DNA from: Octopus vulgaris
Lineage: Eukaryota
Assembly (NCBI GenBank): GCA_951406725.2
Contig: OX597815.1
Location: 209,126,001 to 209,190,000, forward strand
Direction of reading: 5' to 3'
DNA length: 64,000 bases
Shown here: positions 39,100-52,425 of the stretch, in pieces
Position numbering within the stretch: position 1 is the stretch's first letter
How the letters are laid out: each line of letters opens with the position of its first letter
The notes under the pieces: generated by a model
Databases searched by the model: none
The model's input: the letters and a program-made list of their open reading frames with translations, nothing else
Told to the model about the DNA's origin: nothing
Translations under genes and position numbers: made by a program

Positions 39100-40461
39100 T
39101 GTGGCAGATGCTCAGGAGCATTAACCTCCGAAAATCTGCAGAAAACAACTTCCGTCACTTTCCAGGGGGAAAAACTAGAAGTAGTTGATAGCTTCCATTA
39201 TCTAGGTGACCAAGTCAGTAGTGGGGGTGGGTGCGCTGAAAATGCAACTGCTAGAATAAGAATAGCCTGGGCAAAGTTTAGGGAGCTCTTACCTCTGCTG
39301 GTGACTAAAGGCCTCTCGCTCAGAGTAAAAGGCAGACTGTATGATGCATGTGTACGAACAGCCATGCTACATGGCAGTGAAACATGGGCCGTGACTGCTG
39401 AGGACATGCGTAAGCTCATGAGGAATGAAGCCAGTATGCTCCGATGGATGTGTAATGTCAGTGTACATACTCGACAGAGCGTTAGCACCTTGAGAGAAAT
39501 GTTGTACCTAAGAAGCATCAGTTGTGGTGTGCAAGAGAGACGATTGCGCTGGTATGGTCATGTGGCGAGAATGGATGAAGATAGGTGTGTGAGAAAGTGC
39601 CAATCCCTAGCAGTTGAGGGAACCCGTGGAAGAGGTAGACCCAGGAAAACCTGGGACGAGGTGGTGAAGCACGACCTTCGAACTTTAGGCCTCACTGAGA
39701 AAATGACCAGCGACCGAGACCTTTGGAAATATTCTGTACGTGAGAAGACCAGGCAGGACAAGTGAGCCCAGCCCACTTATGAATGCCTTTCCTCCCTTGG
39801 ACACAAAGACCTGTTGAGGCAAGCGAAGTCGATATAGAACCTCATCCGACGACAGGCACCCATGCCAACCCCTTTGCTTGCGAAGACATGTTGGGGCAAG
39901 CGAAATCGAAATCGAAACCGAATTGAACCAGCCAGGATCCCTGGTCTGGTGGTACGTAAAAAGCACTATCCGACTCGTGGCCAATGCCAGCGCCGCCTCG
40001 ACTGGCTTCCGTGCCGGTGGCACGTAAAATACTCCGATCCGACCGTACGACAGGCACCCATGCCAACCCCCTTTGCTTGTGAAGACATGTTGGGGCAAGC
40101 GAAATCGAAATCGAATTGAACCAGCCAGGATCCCTGGTCTGGTGGTACGTAAAAAGCACTATCCGACTCGTGGCCGATGCCAGCACCGCCTCCACTGGCT
40201 TCCGTGCCGGTGGCACATAAAATACACCAATCCGACCGTGGCCGTTGCCAGCCTCGCCTGGCACCTGTGCAGGTGGCACGTAAAAAGCACCCACTACACT
40301 CACGGAGTGGTTGGCGTTAGGAAGGGCATCCAGCTGTAGAAACATTGCCAGATAAGACTGGAGCCTGGTGCAGCCTTCTGGCTTCCCAGATCCCCGGTCG
40401 AACCGTCCAACCCATGCTAGCATGGAGAACGGACGTTAAACGATGATGATGATGATGATGA
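39100..40461 (+). mobile_element. 5'-truncated RTE-clade LINE: ORF C-terminus (to 39765) plus a 3' UTR of about 700 nt
   Basis: Uninterrupted frame with LEVVDSFHYLG, AMLHGSETW, RLRWYGHVARM and RGRGRPRKTW; (GAT)n tail. Lacks the endonuclease and most of the RT. Confidence 0.92.
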
Positions 40462-41114
40462 TGTGTGTGTATAGATATTTGTATGTGTTTGTGTATAGAT
40501 ATATGTATGTATATGTCTGTATGTGTGTGTATGAATATATGTATGTGTGTGTATATATATATATATGTTGGTGTGTGCATGTATATATATATATGTGTGT
40601 ATGTGGCTGTGTGTATGTATGTGTATATGTGTGTGTATAGATATATATATATATATGTGTGTACATACAAACACACACGTATATATATATGATTTTTTTT
40701 TTATTCTTGAATATATATTTTTTTTTTTTTGAATCAATGTCTGCAGCTTTTATACAGAGTCTTCAAACTATTTATTAACTAATAAACTAAATCCTCACTA
40801 TTTACGAGTTTGTTTCAAATAGAAGATTAGTGATCAAAACAACTTGGATATTAATTTTGTCTGCTTTTCAAAGTCTTCATACTGATAAAATATTTAAAAA
40901 GATGGAGAGAAAAAAAAAACGAGACAAAAATACAAACAATAAAGCCAAAAGTGAAACATTCTGATATCCTGGTATTGAGTTTAAAATCTTCCCTCATTAC
41001 TGCGTTGTTATATATTTTGCTGTCTCCAAGTGCAGTATTCACTAACAAAAACATAATTAGTTATTAAATGCTTCTCCGTGTGTATTGACTAATTTCTGTG
41101 TTTCCTTTCTTCAG

Positions 41115-41203
41115 ATACTAAACTAAGCCTGTATGAAGTCAATGAAAAGGAAGTTACTAAAATTCTTGTTGACGTTATGATGGCTAAAAGTGAAGCAGAA
41201 ATT
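41115..41203 (+). CDS. Internal coding exon (TKLSLYEVNEKEVTKILVDVMMAKSEAEI)
   Basis: tttcctttcttcag| acceptor and att|gtaagt donor; phase 1 to phase 0. Confidence 0.8.
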
Positions 41204-41577
41204 GTAAGTATTATGGTCTGGGTGACAAAGTACCGTTTCTCTTGCGGACAATCAAGTTCATGGCTGTCTGATAAACAAAAGCATTTCATTGAAAAACACT
41301 CTGGATGCACTTGTTTTTTTGTTGGTTTTTTGGGGTTTTTTTTTACCTCCACCCCTTAACTTCACCGTTTCTTTCATCCTCATCATCATCATCATTGCTC
41401 CTATTTCTATCACTGTCTCCATCTTTTTCAACACACTTATTAGCTGTTGTTATCTCTATAACCATTCTAATCATTATCATGAATCAACATACACAACTTT
41501 CAGAAGTAACAACAACCTCCCTACTACTGTTACCAAGACCAACACTGTATTAGTAGCAGTAGTAGTAGTTGTAATAA

Positions 41578-41613
<36 letters not shown>

Positions 41614-43019
41614 CAGCAGTAGTGGTAACCATCAACAACAACACTATAATTAACACCGTTTCCTATTATTATTACTACAGCTAGTCAGTTCAACCACTGT
41701 AAACAACATCAATATAACGACTTTTATCATCAACATCTTATTTACCATTATCCTTGTAATAATTTCTTATTATATTATCTCTGCTATTGTCCTTAGAAAA
41801 ACCAAATCCATAAACAAAAGCAATTCTTATTGGGACAGGTGGTTGATTTCAAGATTGCTAATGTTTATTTTTAACCTAGTCACTCTCTTTACTGAAGATT
41901 TAGTGAAATTGTGTTCTGCAACTAAGTTCTAAACAGGAGCAAGAATAGAATGCGCTCGTTAATTCATGTATCTCATTGTAAGTGTGCAATTAAGCATAAG
42001 TTTTAGTTCAACTCAAAGCCTTTCTCACACTTCTGACGTCATTAATTAACCCTTTTTTTAACCAAATATTTCTTATGAAAGACACCGTGCCTAGATTAAT
42101 TTTGAATTTTATCAAGAATTTGGAGCTATTTAGTTTAATCATTAATTAGTTTCTATTAGTCAGAAACCTTACAGAGAACTCATTTCGTGAGTCTAGACCA
42201 GGCATGGACACCCTTTTTGAAAAGTGGGGCCATACAAGATGTGACTTATCATCAGTCTTGCTGCAGTAGTGAAAAATAAACAATATCAAGATAATTTTAT
42301 GTGAAGTGTGCCTTTCAGAAAGTTTTATGGGCTGCACTGTACCTATGGCTCGTCTAAACTTGCAAAACAGATGATATTTCTATAGCGCTATTGCTTTCAT
42401 AATAAAGTATGCATTCTACGTGATTGTACATTGAATCCTTAATTGAATTGTAGTCTTCCCAGATCTATACTGAGCTTAACTTATGTGTTAATATGCTAGA
42501 GACTTCACAGAGTGAGATAATTTAAGACAGCATAGTAACAAAGTGAACCTCATATCAAACAGCACTGCCTGCATCTAGGACCCAGAGTTCTACTGTCCAC
42601 TGTTATACAAACTAGTGTAGAATTATATTATAATCCTTACCATTTTGTATGCAAAAGATAATCCTGTTATTTTCATCTTTTCAATACCACTCACCTCTGG
42701 GTTTATAATACAGATCCTCCTGTTTTAGCCCCTTCAGTCATGGATAAAAAAGTAAAAATATTTTTTTCAATAACAGCAGTAAATTTGCTTGTATATGATG
42801 TATTTGCATTGAGTATGATACCAAGATGGCTCTTTTGAATTTGTTTTCATACTTTTATCAGTAGTTCAATTTTTGATTATATTTTAACTATTTACTGTAT
42901 AATACCTAAAGCAGTGGTGCTAAAGTTTTAAAATAAATGCATATAAAACCGATACATGACATTTATAGCTAAATTTATTATACCAGTTCAACTCTTTTTT
43001 TTTTAATTGTTTTTTGAAG

Positions 43020-43091
43020 GTGCTGGATGAAAGAAATTTTGGGGAATATAAATGGATACATAAACGCAAACGAGCTATCTTAGAAGGAGAG
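43020..43091 (+). CDS. Internal coding exon (VLDERNFGEYKWIHKRKRAILEGE)
   Basis: Poly-T tract with gaag| acceptor and gag|gtaaga donor; 72 nt, phase 0-0. Confidence 0.75.
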
Positions 43092-43182
43092 GTAAGAAAT
43101 GCATTTCTTCAATTAATTTTTCTTTACAGATGCTTTTTTCTTTCAGTAACCAATTACAATCTCTTTCTCAGTTAGTAAGATA

Positions 43183-43536
43183 TCATCATCATCATCATCG
43201 TTTAACGTCCATTCTCCATGCTAGCATGGGTTGGACGGTTCGACCGGGGATCTAGGAAGCCAGAAGTTTGCACCAGGCTCCAGTCTTATCTGGCAATGTT
43301 TCTACAGCTGGATACCCTTCCTAACGCCAACCACTCCATGAGTGTAGTGGGTGCTTTTTACGTGCCACCTGCACAGGTGCCAGGCGAGGCTGGCAACGGC
43401 CACAGCTGGATTGTTGCATTTTACGTGCCACCGGCACGGAAGCCAGTCGAGGTGGCACTGGCATCGGCCACGATTCGGATGATGCTTTTTACGTACCACC
43501 AGCACGGAAGCCAGTCGAGGCGGCGCTGGCATCGGC

Positions 43537-43540
<4 letters not shown>
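43183..43540 (-). mobile_element. RTE 3' UTR copy (family B), same subfamily as 40140-40461
   Basis: Shares diagnostic variants (ccagtcttatctggcaatgtt) with the full copy. Confidence 0.88.
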
Positions 43541-43574
<34 letters not shown>

Positions 43575-43585
43575 TAAATATATAG

Positions 43586-44777
43586 GGTTAGGTGTGACTG
43601 TGTGGTAAGAAGCTTGCTTCCCAACATGGTTCCAGGTTCAGTCCCACTGTGTTGCACCTTGGGCAAGTGTCTTCTACTATAGCCTCAGGCCGACCAAAGC
43701 CTTGTGATTGGATTTGGTAGACGGAAACTGAAAGAAGCCCGTCGTATATATGTATTTATATATGTTTGTGTGTCTGTGTTTGTCCCTCTAGCATTGCTTG
43801 ACAACCGATGCTGGTGTGTTTACGTCCCCGTCACTTAGTGGTTCGGCAAATGAGACCGATAGAATAAGTACTGGGCTTACAAAGAATAAGTCCCAGGGTC
43901 GATTTGCTCGACTAAAGGCGGTGCTCCAGCATGGCCGCAGTCAAATGACTGAAACAAGTAAAAGAGAGAGTAAAGAGAGATATGTGTATATATTGGTGAA
44001 TGCGCATGGCTCAGTGGTTAGAGCGTCGAGTTTACGATCGTTACATGTTGCTCCAGTTCACTCAGCTGTAGAAATGAGTTGCGACGTCACACGTGCCAAG
44101 CTGTATCGGCCCCTTTGCCTTTCCCTTGGATAACACTGGTGGCGTGGAGAGGGGAGGCCGGTATGCATGGGCGACTGCTGGTCTTCCATAAACATCATTC
44201 CCCGGACTTGTCCCTGGGCGGGTAACTTTCTAGGCGCAATCCTATGGTCAGTCATGACCAAAAGAGGTTTCAGGATATATACATATATATATAGGTTGTA
44301 GGAGTGGCTCTGTGGTAAGTAGCTTGCTTACCAACTGCATGGTTCCGGGTTCAGTCCCATTGTGTGGCACCTTGGTCAAGTGTCTTCTGCTTTAGCCTCA
44401 GACCAATCAAAGCCTTGTGAGTGGATATTGTAAATGGAAACTGAAAAAAGCCTCTGCCGGTGGCACATAATAAAAAGCACCATCCGAACGTGGCCGATGC
44501 CAGCACCGCCTTGACTGGCTTCTGTGCCGGTAGCACATAATAAAAAGCACCAACCGATCGTGGCCAATGCCAGACCCCTCTGGCTCCTGTGCAGGTGGCA
44601 CGTAAAAAGCACCCACTACACTCGCGGAGTGGTTGGCATTAGGAAGGACATCCAGCTGTAGAAACACTGCCAGACCAGACTGGAGCCTGGGGCAGCCCCT
44701 GGCTCCCCAGACCCCGGTCGAACCGTCCAACCCATGCTAGCACGGAAAACGGACGTTAAACGATGATGATGATGATG
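43586..44777 (+). mobile_element. Cluster: SINE-A (43586-43978), SINE-E (43995-44270), SINE-A head (44294-44452), family B (44453-44777)
   Basis: Each segment matches other copies in the window; all lie on the plus strand. Confidence 0.8.
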
Positions 44778-45338
44778 ATATATATATATATATATATTTG
44801 ACTCACACTGCCAATTTTGGAACTGTGGCTCTAACTCAGAGAGCCACAAATTGCTGTTTGAATGTCGTACTTGAACATTGTTCATATAGTAAAATTTGAC
44901 TAATTCTACAAATTTGTGTGTTTGCTTTAACTGTTAGCTCTTGTGCAGAACTGGTAGCTCTGGATGTTCACCCTAACAGTAGTCAATCAGCTGTTAATTG
45001 TTGATAGTTCTTATTTTCCAGCTGACTAACTAAGAAATGCTAAACTGCCTTTGGAGGATTTCATCAATACTATAATTATTTGGCCACTCAGTTTTTCAAT
45101 TATTGCATACCTCTGACTGTGTGTGTGTCTTTGAGAGAGAAAATATGTATATATGCGTGTGTGTGTGTGTGTGTGAATATATGCGCATGTATTTGTATGT
45201 TTGTGTGTGTAACGGCCACTAGCATATCCACCCCTACCGATGTAAATTTGTAATTTACTTGGTTGTACAGCCATTACTTGGAAGAAATAATCTTCATTGT
45301 ATTCCAACCCTAAGGGTAATTAATTTGATTCAGCTGAA

Positions 45339-45380
<42 letters not shown>

Positions 45381-45631
45381 AGGAATGACAAGAAACTTAG
45401 TGCATTTTCGATAAGAACATACATAAGACACACAGACATATGCGTATATACAGATACTTGACTATACCTTGATATTTGTATGAACATATGTATAAATGAA
45501 TAAATAAATAAATAAATAAATACATAGATAATTTAACTTCATCATCCAGATGTATATAGATATATCGGTGTATCCAACTGTAAATATACAAGATAAAAGT
45601 TATCTTCTGGGGACTGTTTTCATTTTCTTTA

Positions 45632-45672
<41 letters not shown>

Positions 45673-45716
45673 CATTATTATCATCATCATCATTATTATT
45701 ATTATTATTATTATTA

Positions 45717-45753
<37 letters not shown>

Positions 45754-46263
45754 CATCATTATTATTATTATTATTATTTTTTATCCTTTTTTTTTTTACT
45801 CATTTTTTTTTTGTATTTTGTCTCGCCAAATTTGGTTTAAAAGTGGACAGTTAGCAAATATTAATAAGTTTCTGTTTGCTAACTTACTTGGCAAATGGCA
45901 CTTTGAGTCTGATTTCATTTTGCTATTCATTGATTTCAACAATGCCTGTGAATTAAAGTAATTTTCAGGTGAGACACGTCTCCTCTTTGTGTCTTTGTGT
46001 CTATGTATGTGTGTTTAAGAGAGGGTGCTATGATGCTATGTTCATATGTGTTAGAAGTAATTCTGTTCTGACAGCCTGAGAAAAAAACAAAAGTAAGTGA
46101 TAGTGTTAATTTTTTTCCATTCTCTTATTGCATAGTTATTCCTTATTAGAGCTATGCTTAATATCTTATCTCCTTCTTTAGAAACTCTATGCTCTCTCTT
46201 TCTCTCTATATTTATATGTATGTGCATGTATATATACACAGCCACATATATACATACATACAC

Positions 46264-46294
<31 letters not shown>

Positions 46295-46741
46295 TGTTAC
46301 TAATAATCTCACCATGTACATATGTTGACTGTAGTCGAGTAACCCAATTAGGAAAGCCTGCCAGACCACGTATACTGATCTGTCTTGTGTACTTATTGAG
46401 GATAAGAGCAATCTCCAGAATGCATAAACAGCCCAAGAGAGCGATGCATTCCGTCTATATTTGATATGATTGTGATAAAATGTAATTTTTCAATTAGCTT
46501 CCATCTTCGTCTGTTGTGTTTTTTGAATATTAATGATTTGGTTTCGCTTGTTACTATTTCTGTGCTGAGGATATAAAAGCATTGTTATTCATATAGCTTG
46601 GAAACACTTGTGTATTCAGTAGGGGAAATGTGAACTAGAAAAATATAGTGGAAATAAAGGGGGCGGATTTTGTAAATCTTCATTCTTGGGTTGAGTTTAG
46701 TTGAGGTGAAGTGAAACAAAAAGTTCACTTAAGGAACATCA

Positions 46742-46963
46742 AATTCAATAATGAAAGATGTTATTCACACCATATAGAAAACATATACTAGAAAAAGCTT
46801 ATTTTAAAAATCAATAAAGTGCAAAAATAATAAATAGTAAATAGTAGTAGTATTTACTATTTATTACTATTTATTATTTTTGTACTTTATTGATTTTTAG
46901 TATAGGGATTTTTATAGTATATGTTTTCTATATGATGTGAATAACATCATTCATTATTGAATT
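46742..46963. repeat. AT-rich imperfect palindrome (fold-back) of about 220 bp
   Basis: aattcaataatgaaagatgttattcacaccatatagaaaacatatacta.. is mirrored by ..tagtatatgttttctatatgatgtgaataacatcattcattattgaatt. Confidence 0.9.
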
Positions 46964-46991
46964 GTTTAATTGAGGTTTTTCTCTAAATTAT

Positions 46992-47396
46992 GAGTGGCTG
47001 TGTGGTAAGTAGCTTGCTAACCAGCCACATGGTTCCGGGTTCAGTCCCACTGCATGGCATCCTGGGCAAGTGTCTTCTGCTATAGCCCCGGGCCGACCAA
47101 TGCCTTGTGAGTGGATTTGGTAGACGGAAACTGAAAGAAGCCTGTCGTATATATGTATATATCTATATATATGTATGTGTGTGTCTGTGTTTGTTCCCCT
47201 GGCATTGCTTGACAACCGATGCTGGTGTGTTTACGTCCCCGTCACTTAGCGGTTCAGCAAAAAGAGACCGATAGAATAAGTACTGGGCTTACAAAAAGAA
47301 TAAGTCCTGGGGTCGAGTTGCTCGACTAAAAGGCGGTGCTCCAGCATGGCTGCAGTCAAATGACTGAAACAAGTAAAAGAGTAAAAGAGTAAAGAG
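46992..47396 (+). mobile_element. SINE family A
   Basis: Matches the family A consensus. Confidence 0.9.
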
Positions 47397-47589
47397 ATAT
47401 ATTGTGAAATTTGATTCAGAATTGCTGAATTGAATTTTTCCCTGTAAGTTTGGAATTATATTCCGTACTATTATTATTATTATATATATATATATATATC
47501 ATCATCATCGTTGTTTAATATTTGCCTTCCATGCTGGCATGGGTAGGACATATATATATTCCACAGTGTTATAGAAAGTATCACTCTTG

Positions 47590-48337
47590 ATCCAAATAAT
47601 CTATGGGAAGATTTCAGAACAAAAGTATTTCAGGCTGCAAGTTCTTCAGCAGGATTTAAATCATGCAAGTCCAGTGACTGGTTTGCAGACAAATCACCAG
47701 AAATTCATGATCTACTTTTAGAAAAGCAAAATTTAAGCAATACACTTCTTTCTCAGTCCTTGAACCCCAACTCAAACAAAACTTAGAGAAAGCTGAAAGG
47801 AAAAGTGCAGTCAGCTCTAAGGAAAATTTATCAAGAATGGTGGAATGACAGAGCAAAAGGGGTGCATGAAGCAGCTGATAGAAATGATGCCAAGGGTTTG
47901 TGATCTTATATTAAGGAGGTGTATGACCCAAAATCTTCTTCAAAAGCTCCAGTGAGAACATCAAATGGACATTTACTTTTGACTGACACCGCTTCTATTC
48001 ATAAGCGCTGGATAGAACATTTTTCTGCACTTTTGAATAGACCATCATCCGTTGACATTGAGGATGATAGAAAATATCAAATACCTTCCAGCAATAGAGG
48101 AGATGACATTTGAACCAACTCTGAATAACATTTATTTAGCTGTGAACAAGCTGAATAACAATAAGTCCCCAGGGTCTGATGGGATCTGTGCAAAGGTTTT
48201 GAAATATGGGGGTGACAAAATGTTTGAACCCTTAAATATTAATTGATCACTGTTGGAGAACTGAGGAAATGCCCCAAGACTGGATTGATGCTATTTTAAT
48301 CTTCTTGTATAAAGTGGGGCCAAAGGATCTGTGTGGT
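47590..48337 (+). pseudogene. Decayed RTE (BovB-like) LINE internal fragment, linker and RT N-terminus
   Basis: Peptides LWEDFRTKV..DWF, EWWNDRA, KRWIEHFSALLNRPS, KSPGSDGI..LKYGG and MPQDWIDA, with stops and frameshifts. Confidence 0.85.
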
Positions 48338-49730
48338 ATATTTTTAGTTTGTTAGTCTGTCAAAGATCTTTCATCACACTCTTTGACCTTTTCAGCAACT
48401 TTCTGTCCTATGTGTCTCCGCTTGTCCTGCCTGTTCCATCTCAGGTAGAGATACACATGATAGGACAAAATGGAGTAGGCAGAGCCATCCTACTCAAGGA
48501 GATGCATCCTACTCAAGGAGACCTGTCTTACTCAAGGGGACCCATCCTACTCAAGAAGACCTGTCCTCCACAGCAGAACTGTTAATGCTGCTGCCCACTG
48601 CTGAAGAGAATCAGCCTGTGCTGGTACTATATAAAAAACACCAATGCTTGTGCCACATAGACGGCACTTATGCCAGCCCCACGTAAAATGCTTCCATGCT
48701 GGCACCTCATAATAGCACCCATGCCAATACCATGCAAACATTATCTAGTGCATTCTGTAAAGTGGTTGGCATTGGGAAGGGCATCCAACATAGAAACCAA
48801 GCCAGATCAGGTTGGAACCTGGTTCAACTTTTCTGGTTGCCAGCTGTGGTCAAAGTGTCCAAATCATGTCAGCATGGAAAACGGACATTAAAAGATGTTG
48901 ATGATGTCCTAGTTGCTGACACATAAAGCTCTCATATGACTTAAGCATCCTGTAACAAGGAACATTATATTTGCTTTTTTTTTGTTGTTCTTGTAACTAT
49001 TTTTATAATAATATCAATTATGCATTTATGTTGATTTTCAAATTAAGCATAAATTTCAAGTTGGTGCTAATTAAAATCATGAAATTTTTTTTTTTTTAAA
49101 TTTTTCAAGCAGTCATTTGTTCTCTAGCTCCAGTCCAGTTATGACTGACCATTGTTTCGGATATAGTTTATTGTTTGTTCAATTCAAAAATGTTCTTGCT
49201 GTATTCTTAAAGACAGTAGAAAGCAAGTTGAGAGATTTAGCTGCTATTTGTAGGAGAACAAGGAACACATAGAGGCTCCATCATTTTGATTGTTTATTTA
49301 TTGGAATTTTAAAGTAGTATTTGAACATACAGTGGAGGCACATGGTCTAGTGGTTAGAGCAGCGGACTCGCAGTCGAGGGATCGCAGGTTCGAATCGCAG
49401 ACCAGGTAAAGTGTGTGTTTATGAGCAAAACACCTAAGCCCCACGTGGCTCCAGCAGAAGGTAATGGTGAGCTTCTGCTGACTCATTCGCCACAACTTTC
49501 TCCCACTCTTTCCCCCTGTATCTAGCAGCTCACCTGTGATAGACTGGCGTCCTGTCCAGGTAGGGAACCTATATGCCAATGAAACCGGGAAACCGGCCCA
49601 TTATGATCCAGGCATGGCTTGAGAAGGAACAGAAAAAAATTTGAATCACAAGAGTTTCTTACTTAAAGAAACATGCTTGAATTTATTGCAAAGATGTAGT
49701 GGCAGGTGAACTCACATTGCTTAGAGTTAA

Positions 49731-49905
49731 CCCTTTAGTAATCAGATCATTCTGTCAAATGCAATGTTTGTTGATTTATATTGTTTTGAATTAATCATGC
49801 ATTACCTTGTAGTTCAGAGATTTCGATGATGTGATTGTTTAGTTTTAAAACGACATTTAGGGTTAAGGTGAGAGGCTGGATCTGGCCAGTTTGAATGCTA
49901 AAGGG
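49731..49905. mobile_element. piggyBac-type MITE (family of 4778)
   Basis: TTAA|ccctttagtaatc ... gaatgctaaaggg|TTAA. Confidence 0.8.
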
Positions 49906-50798
49906 TTAAATTGTGTATTGAAAACTATTATTGCATCTCGGTCGAATCAATTGATCATTTTAAAACATGTTATTGCATTCAGGTGCAGTGTTATAAGATT
50001 CACATGAAAATTTTGGAAAGGAAATATTTTCTGGTAGCTAGGGACCTCTTGGGAGAATTGTTGCTGGTGTCAGTATTTTTTTTTCTTTTTACAAGAGTTC
50101 TTCCGTCCCATCATCATCATCATTATTTTACATCTCTTTTTCTTAATGCTGGTATAAGTTAAACAGGTTTTCCAAGGCAGTCCTTTACAACTGGATACCA
50201 TTTTCTTCTTACAACATACAGAAGCATTGTGTATTTATTCTAAAACCCATTCTATTCAACAGCTACTGTCTATGTTTAGTGTATCCATTTAATCTCAGGA
50301 GATTTTTGCTGACCGGGAGAAACATTAATATTATCTTTTCTCATAATACTGTAAAACACAAGTTAAAACATGAGTGACAATGCATGCCTATATTGACTTT
50401 AAAAGGTTTCCTCATTGACATTTTTTCTGATGCTTGAATCATGAGGTTCGTGTCAAATATATCGGCTTAAATTTTTCATATTTCATCCCTAATCCCTATG
50501 GATGACCCTACATTGTTACTCAACTTGCTACAATTAGTGGCCAAATTTCCCTCTGATCGCATTTTAACACCTTAAGTAAAAGGTGGGATATACTGATAAA
50601 TCAAATACTAGATTAAGAAAACTATGGCTGGTTACATCAGAAATTCTTTTGCTTTATATGAGCTGATTCTGGGCTGAACAACACAATATTGCAGTCATAC
50701 CTGTCATTATACATTTTCAGCACACCCCCAGTGTTTAACCATTTCATCACCATAATTCTATCAATAGATTGTTTATATGTTACTATTAATTGTCAATA

Positions 50799-51815
50799 GG
50801 CTATCTGGCCTCTGTGCCGGTGGCACGTAAAAGGCACCATTCAAGCGTGATCGTTACCAGCATCGCCTTACTGGCACCTGTGCCGGTGGCATGTGTAAAA
50901 TGATTCGAGCAAGGTTGTTGCCAGTGCCAGTGGCACGTAAAAGCACCCACTACACTCTCGGAGTGGTTGGCGTTAGGAAGGGTATCCAGCTGTAGAAACT
51001 CTGCCAGATCAGATTGGAGTCTGGTGCAGCCATCTGGCTCGCCAGCCCTCAGTCAAATCGTCCAACCCATGCTAGCATGGAAAGTGGATGTTAAACGATG
51101 AGGATGATAATGGTAATCAGTAGTAAAGGCTGGCAGAATCGTTAGCACACCAGGCAAAATGCTTACTAGCATTTCACCCATCTTTACATTCTGAATTCAA
51201 ATTCTGCTGAGGTCGACTTTGCATTTCATCCTTTCAGGATCGATAAAATAAGTACTAGTTGCGTACTGGGGGTCGATGTAATTGATTAGATCCTTCCTCT
51301 AAAATTGCTGGCCTTGTGCCAAAATTTGAAATCAATATAATCAGTGATGTTGATTTTTTACTTGCCCCTTCCTCTCTTTCCCTCATCACTTCCTGTCGAG
51401 GATAAGTTAAATATTTTTCTAAATATAATCAGTGATGTTTAGAAAACTATCTTTGCCTCAACTGGAAGTGTTGAAGGAGCGAGAGCAAGCAGCAAGTAAA
51501 AACCTTTGTGGATTCATCATATCATCATCATCATCATCGTTTACCGTCTGCTTTCCATGCTAGCATGGGTTGGACGATTTGACTGAGGTCTGGCGAACTA
51601 GATGGCTGCACCAGACTCCAATCTGATTTGACAGAATTTCTACAGCTGGATGCACTTCCTAATGCCAACCACTCCGAGAGTGTAGTGGGTGCTTTTACGT
51701 GCCACCGGCATGAGGGCCAGTCAGGCGGTACTGGCAATGGCCATGCTCAAATGGTGCTTTTTATGTGCCACCTGCACAGGATCCACTCCAACGGCACTGC
51801 TAATGACCTCGCTCG
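50799..51815. mobile_element. Inverted pair of family B copies (50799-51110 plus; 51522-51815 minus) with a SINE-C between them
   Basis: Both copies carry the gattggagtctggtgcagccatct subfamily variant. Confidence 0.85.
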
Positions 51816-51971
51816 AATGTTTTGTTTTGTTTTTTTTTATAACATTAAAGTATGGACAGGAAACAGGAGCCTGTTTAATTGTATGCATTGCACCACAACA
51901 TACAGGGAACTGGAGAACCTTAGCAAGCCAATCCCTTAACTCAGGGAAGGCACCTCTCTGGCTGGTATCTT

Positions 51972-52425
51972 TAACCTTATAATATGGTGTGAAAGAAAGA
52001 AAATCGTAAATCTAGTCAAGTTAACGGTTCTTCATGAAGATAACATGAATGCCACTTGAGCTCAAAAGATTGACCCTTTTGAAAACCTCCTTGAAGAATG
52101 TGAAGATGCAACCTGGAAAGCAGAGCATTTCCAATCAAAGTCGGGTGTAGAGGATTCGTTGGACACAATTTAAGGCAACTATTGTTATCATTAGGGCTAA
52201 CTCACTGTAAAGCAAATACCACCATGAGTGATATCCAAACTAGTGGAAAATGCAAGCCACTGGATTTGGTTAAAAAGAGATGATAAACAATGGCTGAATT
52301 CAGCGCAACCTGATAACCAGTTGATCTTGCAAGCGGGGCCTCATTTCAGTGAGTGGGAAAGGCAATGATGCCATTGAGAGATAGGTTCTGAAATGGTGCA
52401 CATTCTCTCCTGATGACCCAATAAA
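51972..52425 (+). mobile_element. HERO-like (restriction-like endonuclease) LINE 3' fragment
   Basis: Peptides LIIWCERKKIVNLVKLTVLHEDNM, LLEECEDATW, PIKVGCRGFVG and ENASHWIWLKRDD, with frameshifts and a stop. Confidence 0.75.

Noticed and set aside
45851-45957. Possible exon LANINKFLFANLLGKWHFESD.. (also candidates at 27761, 32702 and 46335)
   Set aside because: Weak acceptors or donors, or phases incompatible with the better-supported exons.
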